Assembly (NCBI GenBank): GCA_021613535.1
Contig: CP075493.1
Span: forward strand, 14,880,001 to 14,944,000
From: Adineta vaga
Lineage: Eukaryota; Animalia; Rotifera
Direction of reading: 5' to 3'
DNA: 64,000 nucleotides
Shown here piece after piece: positions 51,493-62,548 of this stretch. A program made the position numbers and the translations under genes. Each line of letters begins with the position of its first letter. The stretch's first letter is position 1. Below the pieces are notes generated by a model. The model saw only the letters and a program-made list of their open reading frames with translations. It searched no databases and was not told the DNA's origin.

Positions 51493-52561
51493 ATAAAATC
51501 GGTCTTTTTATAGAGTAAATCGAGAAAGTAATACAAGGTGAATCATCGACATAGCTACGTGCTAGAAAAATAATTAATATATGATCAAATATGTCTTTAC
51601 GTTGTGATTGTGTAGGTGAGAATTGAAAAAAAAGTAAATTATATGGCTGGAAATATTCTATTGAAATCGGATAAGATACATTGATTGAATCAATATTTTT
51701 ATTTAACTATGACATACAAAAGTATTGTGACTATAATGCTATGATTTATTAAATATTTTAGTAATTTTATTTGTCACAACTTTGTATAGAAATAAAAAGA
51801 TTCATGAAGCATTGAGAGCGATGGTAATCAGACATCAGTTCTACTAGAAAGTGACCGAATAGACACAAATTTAAAGTTAAACTTCGTCACAAACCTTCAT
51901 TGAAGATATAGATGGTTTATGAATGTATTGTTTTCCTTCACGACTATTTCGAGAAGACAGGTTGTTCTCTGCTGATCAAGATGTAATTGATTTTTATTCG
52001 ATCCGTAGTTACTGAGACTTTTAACAAAGTATCCATTTTAAAAATTGTCGATAATAATGTTTCGACTGGTATCTAAAGTTTCTAATATTTTTCATTTCAA
52101 ATGTCCTCAACGCTATGACGATGAATACTTGGCCATGCCATTCTATTATTCAAGTCAGTTTTCATCATTAACGAAATACTTTTTGTTCCGAAGCTTACAC
52201 TTCTCAAGACCAACTTTGATGTTATCCTGGTAGCTACTATCGTTTGTAGTCATTTCGTAATTTTCGCCAAATTTTCCAAATCGTCTCCACTAGATCGTTA
52301 CCAACTAATAATCCAATTACACTCATACCTTCGACGTGGATGTGAACGTGTATGAGAATAGAAGTGAAGATATGATTGTGGATATGATTGTATATAACCT
52401 GCATATGTTCGAGACGATTATTCTCTACAAATGTCTGATGCACATACAAATATATCTTATTATCATTATTCAATAATAGATGCATCTATTTATTTGTAAG
52501 GAAAAGGAAAGTGTTTTGCTAAAAGAAACGTTCGCAGTTAAACATTGCATAAACTATTGGT

Positions 52562-53725
52562 TCATACAAATATAACGTTGCAACTCATTCCGGCTTGTCT
52601 CTGTTCTTCAAAAGGTAGAAGTTTATTGTAAAACCCTTCCCAATCAGGCATCTTTCTCAGTTTTGAAGTAAACCACCAATCAGATTCTGCCAATAAGGCC
52701 GGATGCCTATCTGTTATACGAAGCATCACACCTGTACAAACGATGGAAGCTTCTGGATCATTGAAATCTACCAAATCTTTTCCATAATTATTGACCACCC
52801 ATTCGATTTCAGAGCAATTTATATTAGGATCGATCTGGAGTTGTGCCGCACCTAGAGTTTCAGATGCTACTCGGATGTCTTTTGGGTGTACACGACACTC
52901 TAAAACAAACTGTACATAGTGCCCAGACTTGAAAAACTGTAATCCAGCGTTCGAATCGATATACTTGACGTCTGCATATCTTGGATGACTTGCATAAATG
53001 ATAGACGGAGTAGTATAGATACCAACACCATGAGCAATGACGTTCGCCGGTTTTAGTCCACTGAGTAAAATAGATAGACCACGGTCAAATTTAGTGCCGT
53101 GATAACAAATGCACCAACCTTTGAATTTTTCGTCAAAATTACCAGGAATAAAAAAAGAATATCTTTTCCACCCAACAGGGCAATAGTACGGTTTATTTCC
53201 GCGGTCTCTTCCATCTTTATTTGGTCCTTGCCAAAAAGCGTGATTTGGGCCGTAAATACGATTATATCGAGAATCCATTGTGATTTGATTACGAAGTTTT
53301 TGTAGTTTATCTAATGATGTGGATGAACCCAAAATAAGAACAAAAACATTGATACTGTGAAAGTCTTTTAAAGTTTCGTCGGTTAATTTTGAATAAACCA
53401 TTTTTATCGTGGATAACTTATGATCTTGCTGTTGTTGTTTTAATTTTAGTTCAATCAATAGTGGTTTTAGATTTATTGATACCGGCTGAATTTCGTTTCT
53501 ATTTAATTTCAAGATACGCTTGAAATTCTCGAGAAATTCATCTAAATCGAAGTTCTCCGGCTTTGTATCGACACCAACCATAATCGTGGATGATACGCAT
53601 TCGTTTTTATCGCTAAATATGTCATCAGCAACGGATACTAATGGTTTTTGAGTAAGTTGAGAATATCGTTTACAATTATCGTAAAACGCTATACTTTCTT
53701 TTGGTACATCTTCATTTGATACCAA
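52562..53725 (-). CDS. PARP-like/NEURL4-type ADP-ribosyltransferase-fold protein (H-Y-E); terminal exon, with an upstream exon ending at ~53859
   Basis: YYCPVGWKRY, CYHGT, GIYTTPSIIYA, VQFVLECRVHP, SEIEWV. Acceptor tttcgcag at 53726 and donor gtgagt at 53858. Confidence 0.75.
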   Translation of the reverse strand: MVSNEDVPKESIAFYDNCKRYSQLTQKPLVSVADDIFSDKNECVSSTIMVGVDTKPENFDLDEFLENFKRILKLNRNEIQPVSINLKPLLIELKLKQQQQDHKLSTIKMVYSKLTDETLKDFHSINVFVLILGSSTSLDKLQKLRNQITMDSRYNRIYGPNHAFWQGPNKDGRDRGNKPYYCPVGWKRYSFFIPGNFDEKFKGWCICYHGTKFDRGLSILLSGLKPANVIAHGVGIYTTPSIIYASHPRYADVKYIDSNAGLQFFKSGHYVQFVLECRVHPKDIRVASETLGAAQLQIDPNINCSEIEWVVNNYGKDLVDFNDPEASIVCTGVMLRITDRHPALLAESDWWFTSKLRKMPDWEGFYNKLLPFEEQRQAGMSCNVIFV

Positions 53726-55772
53726 CTGCGAAATTGAAAACGATTCTTTTTCTAAACAAAAACCACTTTCATGAAAAAAATAAACGTGCTCTGGTCCTCA
53801 ATGAGTTTGCCGATGTTATAGTGATTTAGTGCTACAAACTCTCTTGTAGTATACTCACCGAAAGAGTTACTTTATTTTTTGTAAAAGAAATATTTTTCAG
53901 AATGTATCGCACAACAGTTGTGATGATAGTACAATAGATGCTTTTAATCTATCTAGTTCACATCCAACATCGTACGCACGCAACTGTACGAACTTTGTCT
54001 TATTTTTAGTTAGATCTCAAGATGGTATCGCCTTCTTGCTAGAATTGAATAACAGACTACTATAGTGGTTAAACGAAAGCAAAAATACCTGATAGTTTAT
54101 CAGTCAAGTTTTATCACCAGTACAAAGATACGAGAAAAACGTTTTGTATCATAACTAGAGATATGTAGAATCGGAACTGGTATTAAAAAAAAGTAAGAGG
54201 TTTCAAATCTATTGCTAATAATACATTGTTGTTACTTGCATTGTGTTCATCTGAGGCCTTTAAATTATAAGAAATTATGTTTTTGAATGAATTTCTACAT
54301 TTTTTACCAACTCGCACATTTAGAATGACTTTGGTAATGTGAAATAACACAAAGAAGACTTGGGTGAAAGTCACCCCTCTACACGTATGCTAACACTCGC
54401 TCGACCTTTTCCTAGGCACAGAGAAGCATCATGGAAAGTTTGATGCCAGTAACTATTAGAGGAACTGAATAGATAGCGAACAGGCATATAAACAGACAGA
54501 GATATTGGGAAATTTTTCTGTAAGTTAGCAATGATGGTACTATCGATTGAGCTGATCTTCGAACTCGAATGAGATTTTGATCAGATGTTGCTGTGTACGA
54601 CATTTTAACGGGATCAGGCCCAGGATACGAAATAAAAACTTATCCCTACATACCATTTGATGTGGATTCACTAGGTGTTGATGCGAGTGATGACGTCTGT
54701 TCCTGAAAGCCGCCACGTTCCATACGACGAACACGATCAGTAATATCACGACTTCGTCTTGAGGCCATACGTTTTTTATTCAGAGAATGTTATCTTATCT
54801 GAAAACAGGTAGTGTAAAAGCATACTGTACAGTCGTCATGCAACTTAAGGGTGTATGTTGAGGTTGTGATTGCACGAAGAAATTCTCGAAATTGCGTGGA
54901 ACTAATAACTATGGCGAAGCTAACGATACCTTGTTCAACCTTACTGAATAGAATGTATCCTTGTAAGCTATGATTTGAAAAAGAAGAACTAACAAGTAGA
55001 CATGTGACAAGATGAATAATTTTTATCTGATCAACGGTCAGAGGGGTCTTAACGGCCAAGATTGTTTGTATTCTTCAAACTTATCATTTCACCGAGAGAC
55101 CATGCATGAACTAGATTCGATTTCTATAATGTAGAATAAAGCAAGTTTGTCGTTATTTATTCTGTTAAAACACGAGAGAAATTTGAGAGAGAGCTCAGTT
55201 TAAAAACATTCAAGCCAAGAAAATAAACATTATTCAATGTCTACATCTTAACAAATTTGTTTGTGACGTAAGCGAATTATAAGCATCTCGAGAGTCTGTT
55301 ACTGTTCGTAGAAATGAAACAGTTTGATGTGCAACTCACAATGGATATAAAAGAACAACATTTTCGCAGAATTGCAAACCAATGCATGAAATGATCGAAC
55401 AATTCAGAGAGTGAGTGTGGGTAGGATTGATATGTAAAAATACCACCTACATCCTCAAGATTGATGAACATGATTATTCAGATTTAAAGAAGAAAGTATT
55501 CGAAGAACATTCATCTACACATACTTTATCATATACTGATCCTGTAAGTGCAAAAGTAAGAAAAATCCTTGAAATAAATCACGTTGTCTTTATTATTTCT
55601 TCTTTTTCAGACTACATTAACATATCGATATGTAATTGATCAAGTATAAGATGAAAATAGTTGTCAATCCATCTCACCAAAACCTCGTGTTTATTAAAAC
55701 AAAACGTTTCAAATATATATATATATATAGAACATTCTCTTGCCATATGACTGAAATACCAAACATGAGAAT

Positions 55773-56096
55773 TCAAAAACCCATTTGAATCAAGAGTTTT
55801 TGTCCATTGGGACTGAATAATAGATACCGATTGATAACACTTCCTAAGATTGCACCCCAATAATCTAAATGATGATCTAATCGAAAGCATAAGACATTAC
55901 ATGAACCAAATACCGGACAACCTAATAAGATTGTACCAAGTATTGCTTTTGTATTAAAATATCGATCAGTAATGAACATATTTATTGATGTTCCCAATGC
56001 TGAACCCATTCCAATACCACAGAAAAGATTTTTAAAACCTGAGAAATAAAAAATGCCAATCAATAAAAATAGAAATTCAGCACCCATCAATGACAT
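55773..56096 (-). CDS. Small hypothetical membrane protein (107 aa)
   Basis: ATG-initiated ORF with several Gly-rich hydrophobic segments. No family recognised. Confidence 0.5.
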   Translation of the reverse strand: MSLMGAEFLFLLIGIFYFSGFKNLFCGIGMGSALGTSINMFITDRYFNTKAILGTILLGCPVFGSCNVLCFRLDHHLDYWGAILGSVINRYLLFSPNGQKLLIQMGF

Positions 56097-56444
56097 AAAT
56101 GAATAATTTCATCGGTCGAAGATAATATTGTCGTCGTTTTTGAACTAAAAATAATGACGAATTTTTTTCATTATCATGAGTTATCAATGGGAATTCCCGT
56201 TTAGTTTCTTCCATTATTCGATGAATTTAATCGAGATTAAATACGAAATAAAATGACACAAAGAACCAGTGATATACAAATCGTCATATATAAACGATGA
56301 TCCTCTTATCATGAAAGATGTCTCTATCGTATCATATCGATTGTTTCTATATTATCTTCATATGATATCTTATTGATAACACTTCCTAAGATTGCACCCC
56401 AATAATCGAAATGATGATCTAATCGAAAACATAAGACATTACAT
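55830..56444. repeat. 73-bp dispersed direct repeat (55830-55902 and 56372-56444), 2 mismatches
   Basis: attgataacacttcctaagattgcaccccaataatc(t/g)aaatgatgatctaatcgaaa(g/a)cataagacattacat occurs twice, 542 bp apart. Confidence 0.92.
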
Positions 56445-56627
56445 ATTTCAGCGATTGAGGATGAGAAACACGATTATTATGAGAAAGAACTGAGCGTTAC
56501 TTGACCGTATGAGACAAAAATATATAAAAAATGCAAAGCTACAACAAATAAATATAGCATGATATCATTTTTTGATGAACGTATATTCTCAAAAATGTCA
56601 AAAGTTTATAGATGATAATGTTCAATT

Positions 56628-57128
56628 TTATTTGTCAATTGGTGGCTGTTGTAATGGTTTGATAAGGACGTGAGCGAGTAGTCCAAACGGAATACCTATC
56701 AATGCGCCTTTACCAGCAGATAATGGACTCATTTTTGATGGTAATCCAATAAGAAGACCTGTTAGACCACCAGCAATTGAAGATAAGAATGTGAATTTAT
56801 CCACTCGATTTTGATTTTGCGAATAACGAAGACGATATGCTCGATCCCATATTTTATATTCATTATATTGTTCTTTATATAATTTTGCATGCATTAAAGC
56901 AACACTTAGAACAACACCAGTTCCAGCACCAAAAATTGTTGCCCTTCCGACACGACTAAGAATTGGAATAAGTGAAGGATTTTTTTTTGACTTATATAGT
57001 TGATATGGTAGTGCTGTTAATAATGTTACTGTAGATCCTAATTGAAGACCTTTGTAAATACAATGTAAAGTTAGTTCACGTAATGAATGAGGAATTAAAG
57101 CTCGTTGTTCATCATCTAAATCGTTCAT
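56628..57128 (-). CDS. Conserved small membrane protein, DUF1757-like
   Basis: 166 aa with Gly-rich TM helices and WDRAYRLRYSQNQNRVD. Family assignment is from memory of the DR.YRLR.N..Q..D motif. Confidence 0.6.
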   Translation of the reverse strand: MNDLDDEQRALIPHSLRELTLHCIYKGLQLGSTVTLLTALPYQLYKSKKNPSLIPILSRVGRATIFGAGTGVVLSVALMHAKLYKEQYNEYKIWDRAYRLRYSQNQNRVDKFTFLSSIAGGLTGLLIGLPSKMSPLSAGKGALIGIPFGLLAHVLIKPLQQPPIDK

Positions 57129-57456
57129 TGTTGAAAATCACCAAGTCACTATCAATAAATTTTCTATACAAACCGATTTGTCCTACTTATTTTTATCAAA
57201 TCAGTCAAAAAAGAAAAAGAAAAGTGCTTTCAATATCATCGTTTTCGAGTCGTTAGTTGGAGAACGAATCACAAATGATTATTTTCTTATACAAACTAGA
57301 GTTTATCAGCTTGTATACAAGTGACATCTATGACATACTGAAAGGAATTGGTATTAGTGTAGGAGTGAGGGTTAGAGTGTTGGTAGAGAGAGAGTATTCA
57401 TGTCTATATTTTCAAAATCGATATAGTAAAATTGCAGTCATTCAGTTCAAGCGAGA

Positions 57457-60171
57457 TTAGTCGTATGACAACATCACATAGTTCATATTGGGTTTTGTTT
57501 TGTCACGATCAGTCCAATTATACACAATTTCTTCACGTATTTTACGCGATTTAGTTATTGTATTGCCTTGATATAGTATTCTCACTAATACATTTCTTGT
57601 AAAACAGTCTTGTTTGTTTTGAACAGAATAAGTTATACGTAATTTCGGCCAGTTCAACGTTTTGTTCCATTGAATAATGAAATCACATGGAAATTCTGAA
57701 TTCATTGTTCGAACTAACTCGTATGGTGGCTCAGAAACACGTATAGCACTCTTGGGATATTCAGGATTAATATTGAATGAAACACTCTCAATCATATTTT
57801 TCGTTTTACATCTCACGTATGCGATGTATTCGTAGCGTTGACCGGATGTTGATTTACAAGAATTTCCAAATTGTATCATTATATGTCTTTCATTATCCGA
57901 TGAGAAGGGTAAAGGATATAATGATAGCTGTGAGGAAGGAAGATGAAGTTCCATAGCTACAACCAACTACAGGACATTCATAAGAGTTAAGTTTTATTGT
58001 TGCACAACAGCATGAATAACACAATAAATGACGACAATCAGGTAATCGAAGTGATTTAGACATTTCATTGCTATTTATGTGTTGACTACATAAATCACAT
58101 TCCGTTTGGACTGATTCTGCAGCTAGTCTTTGTACTCTACTTTCTTCATCTTCGACCGGTTCAGGTTCAATTTTTTCAACGAATAAATCATTATTTTCAA
58201 CACTTTGATTTTCATATGCTGATAGAATTGATTCTAATTCTTTCGCTGAATATCCATAGAATGGTTCTCGATCGTATGATGATAAATATGAGACTATACC
58301 GCCTGCTACAGACATACAGGCAGGAAGAGAAGGAAGAGAAATCTTCGAAGATGCTTTTAATTGTAAAGATGAAGTATTTGTTGCATTATAATCATTGAAT
58401 AGTTGTAACAACTTTAAATGTGCATTCTGTTCTAACCACTTTGGTTGCTTTGAACTTGCAAATTCATAATAATGATTAGTTGGAATATATTTCCGAACTA
58501 ATCTACCAACGCTAACGGGGTGACCAGCATCATCGATATCATACATCAATAATGCCGGTTGTTTTATACACACAAAACGTTGAGGATCGTGTGAAACAGG
58601 ATCTTGTACAGCTAAAAACGAGGACATCATGGGTTTTTCCACTAATGCATTGAATACAGCAGCTGCTCCTTGAGAAGAACCAACGAGGCAATATACTTGA
58701 TGCGTTGTTGGTGAAATACAATCAACTATTTCTTGAATAAAAGCACCAGGATAAGAACGAATAGTTTGTTTATCACCATCGGAATGACAATAACCTGGGC
58801 AATCGATCGCAACAAAGTAATAGGGAGATAGTGAGGACGATGATGAAGTTGCTAATAATAGTCTCCTTACCAGATCATTCCAATACATTGAAGAATTCTC
58901 CGGTCCAGAACCATGAACAAGTAATATACATTTCTGTTGTTCATCGTACCTATGTCCTGCTATTCGAGCAAATATTTTCCCATAAGAAGGTGTGTGAATA
59001 TAAACTGTACGACGATAAAAATTCTGTACTGGATCATCATAATCACCGAACATTACGTCACTTGTATCTATATTCTTACAAATTTTTTGTGTAGGAATTG
59101 ATGTACGCTGTACACATTTTGCTATTTGAGAATATTTTAATGTACTAAGAGTTTCCGAAAGATCTAAATTCAATGAACTAATATGACAGATCAAGATGGT
59201 GATGGATTGTGTTGTTGATAATGATGATTGAAGTAAACGAGTTAAGGTTGAATCTCTGTAGGGAATATAGGATGAAGATGTTGATAGTGCATCTAATACT
59301 CTTCTCAATTGTAATAATTCAGTATTAATACTGACTGCTTCACGAAATCTATCACCTTCAACTTTTGAACGTGAAGGATCTTCACTACCCGCTAAATCAA
59401 TTAAATTTAAACGACCTAAATAGGATGTGTATTCTCTCGATGATGCTGATGTTGATCGTTCTCTTCTTTCTATCCATATGATCAGTATAGCATGACTTCG
59501 GGATGAGAAGCATTCATGAGAGTAAATGCAGTTGCACGTCTTTGATTACCTTGCATTAATATATTCTCTAATTCCAAACTATTATGTACAGGTATTTCCG
59601 CTGCATCTGCAACATTTATATTACCCTGAGCATCTTCACGAATATTTAAAGAATGTAATTTGTTGTTGTTATTATTCTTATTATCATTCTTTCGTAATAA
59701 ATCGTAGACGCGACCATTATATACTTCTAAATAACTCACACGTACTTGATATTGTACGGATGGAGACGATGATGTGAGTCTATGTATAGCAGCAAATAGA
59801 TATCGACTTGTTCTTGGTATAATTCCCATTAAATCAGCTGCTAAAGATAATTTACCATTCGGACCCAACATTGTATATGTTTTACCACTGTTTGTTTGAC
59901 CATAAGCAAATATGGTTGAATTATAACCATATAATGGTAAATGAAGAAGTGGAATAATTGATTCGAATATATCGTATTGAGTTGATTGTGGTGGAAATAC
60001 ATTATCAAATGATAATGGAGGTGAATTAGGTAGAGTAAGAATTGTATTATTTCGAGAGTATTTGAATGGAATTATTTCATATTGATCGTCGGATATATTG
60101 GGTTTGATTCGAACGAAAGCCTGAATTGGAGATACATTATTTAAATCAATTGATGAATTAGATGAGTACAT
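57457..60171 (-). CDS. Kinesin motor + alpha/beta-hydrolase + RING finger + YEATS-like fusion, intronless, 2 apparent 1-nt frameshifts (~905 codons)
   Basis: Kinesin: GQTNSGKTYT, YLEVYN, N.-SSRSHA (shift ~59507), NLIDLAGSE, IPYRDSTLTRLLQ. Hydrolase: LLVHG, AIDCPGY, VGSSQGA. RING: CDLC...CRHLLCYSC...CPVVGC (shift ~57956). YEATS-like: YIAYV...IESVSFNINPEY...EPPYEL...EFPCDFIIQW. Confidence 0.8.
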
Positions 60172-60719
60172 TGCATATATAGATAGGAGACAACTCTCTA
60201 CAATAGAAATGAAAACAGGACAAACAACTTATCATCGAAGTTCATGCCAGAAAATGGTCTCTGTAATTTTCTTCACTACATGTATAGTTCGTGAAGAAGA
60301 TTTGACAATAAGAAAATGAATAAAATGAGCTCATATGCTTGCAATACTTGCTTTCATACCTATTTATAGAAAACTATATGACTAAAGAAATGTAATAACA
60401 TCCAATAAATAAGTTACGAAATTCATATTTCATTGGATGTTTACAGTGAATCATTGAAAGAATGAGTAATATAAGAAAAGAATATGATGATTGTGTCGCA
60501 TTCGTTAAAAAGGTGTGACATGAAATTGCACAAGTTTTCCTTTGAGAAACAGTTTTTACAATTCTATAAATAGATTTCGATTCACGATTTGCGTCATTAC
60601 TACTAAAATTCAATCCACTTTGTTGATCTAGATCAATCTAAAGGATGATAGAACAAGAGATACTAACATCCTCATCCAAATATTTCTATATTAATGTTTA
60701 TTTTCGTCTAGATTCTAAA

Positions 60720-61670
60720 GCCAGTTCATAAATATCAGCAATTTATATATATATATATATCGCCGATATCATGATGATTATCTGGTAATGATTTTAATTT
60801 GACAGATAATGCATATTGATAAGATATTAATGCTTGATAATAATCTTCTTTAAGTGCATATGTTTTAGCTAATTCTGAATGATCTTTTCCTAAGCTGTTT
60901 AATTTAATTTCTAAAGATAAATCAAATTTCTTTTGAACTCTTAAAATGACATTTTCAGCTAAGTTTTGATCACCTTTTAATTATTAATTTGAAAGATAGA
61001 AGTAATTGTAAATAAAATTTATACTTCATGATCATATTGACTGAGATTATATGAATGTCAGCAAATGGAGTTGTTGTTATTGATAAGTCCATATTTGATT
61101 TAATATGAAATAAAACAGATCTTTCGAATGAATCACTATATGATTACTTGATTGAGCAAATAGAAGTACAATTTGTTTGTTTCTACTAGTTGAAAAAAAA
61201 CTATTTATACAAATATAATTTCCAATATTGGATTGTATTTTGTTTGCTTCTTCGATCGATATGATTTGTCCTCTATATGAATGAATGAATGAATGATAGT
61301 ATCAATATCTCCAATACGTAATGCTTTATTTAGTAATTGATAAATAAAAGATTCTTTAGCTGAGAAATTTTTTCACATTGAATTTCATTTCCAGCATATT
61401 TGTGTAGACATAAATTGATAAATTCATCCAACGATGTTGAAAGATCTTCTTTTCGTAAATTAAAAAGTGCTGTAATGAGTAATTTTGACCCGAGGAAACT
61501 TCCATCGAGTCGTTCATGGGTTTTTTCCTGAATGCATTTCATTGTATTATTAAGAGCATCTGTAGATAGAATAGCGAATGTTACTGAGTGTTCATATCTT
61601 TCACGTTTTAGTCGATCTTTGGATATCCTAAGGATTAATTCATCCCAATCAGTCACAGACGCCTTTACCT
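60720..61670 (-). pseudogene. Second ART (R-S-E type) + TPR protein, degenerate
   Basis: GSFLGSKLLITAL...DEFINLC...YAGN, YRGQIISIEE...GNYICINSFFSTS, SVLFHI...TPFADI and TPR SLEIKLNSLGKDHSELAKTY. Deletions and stops. Confidence 0.75.
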
Positions 61671-62548
61671 AGAGAAAAAGCATACGTATATTCGTATTAC
61701 TATCGAGTTTTTATATGTTAATCAAAGGCAGAATATGCAAATGAAGAAAAAGGTGTTGTGTAGAATTTTATAGATTTTCTCTTACAATAAACATACAGTA
61801 GAAAAAGCTTTTGTAAACTGAAACTTACTTTGAATAAGGTTGTTGGTCATGTGAAATAATCGTTTGTATCGATGTTTTTGTCATATATATAAATATGAAG
61901 AGCGAAAACTATTTGTAGATTGTGTATTTCCGACAATGATTCTTTGTCGATCAATTTGGATATAATAAGCATAATCTTTTCGGTATGCATCTGATGAAGA
62001 TAGCTTTTACAAGAAGGAAAATTGTCTCAATTTCATTTCAGATTGTTGATATTCTTTTGTTGAAGTATACAGTATGTCTCATCACAATACCAAAGAAGTG
62101 TAAATACACCAGGATTTTGATGTTTTAACTCAATACCATCGTTAGAATTGGATGATTAATTAATTAGAGATATTTGCAAACCTACACGATTTTCATCAGA
62201 GGCAAAATATCTTGTCAAATTATTGTTTGAATCGAAATTAAAACGAAGGGTGTGGGAGTATGGATGTTTCTTCTTGCATTATTCAATACTAACTTATACA
62301 CACTCTCAAAATGAATCGAGAAAGAAAATATTCGAATATGTTGATTAGATATCCTCATGCGTGAACCAATGAATGAAAGCTCGAACAATTAATAAATGTG
62401 AAGCAATTGCAATCGTGAACTTTTCATACTTACCAGAAAATTTATTTGAAAAAAGAATTGGTTAGAATCAAAGTAAGACAAACTTCTTTTTAGTAAAGCA
62501 GATATGGGTTTCTATATTGAAAAGAAAAGTTGAAGCAAAATATATCGT

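Noticed and set aside
51950-52490. Possible linker exon joining the ART gene to the VIT-VWA gene
   Set aside because: No convincing in-frame exon with splice sites, and the ART ORF has its own stop followed by a polyA-like signal.
54383-55100. Higher-GC segment with several short minus-strand ORFs, possibly a transposon relic
   Set aside because: No transposase or RT motif, TIR or TSD could be identified.
59507-59510. Programmed ribosomal frameshift in the kinesin gene
   Set aside because: No slippery heptamer or downstream structure is evident, and similar indels occur in many unrelated genes in the window.
7650-61670. An NAD-centred gene cluster (two ART-TPR, PARP-like, DXO)
   Set aside because: The genes are scattered over 54 kb, three are broken, and ART-TPR genes are very numerous in bdelloids, so co-occurrence is expected by chance.
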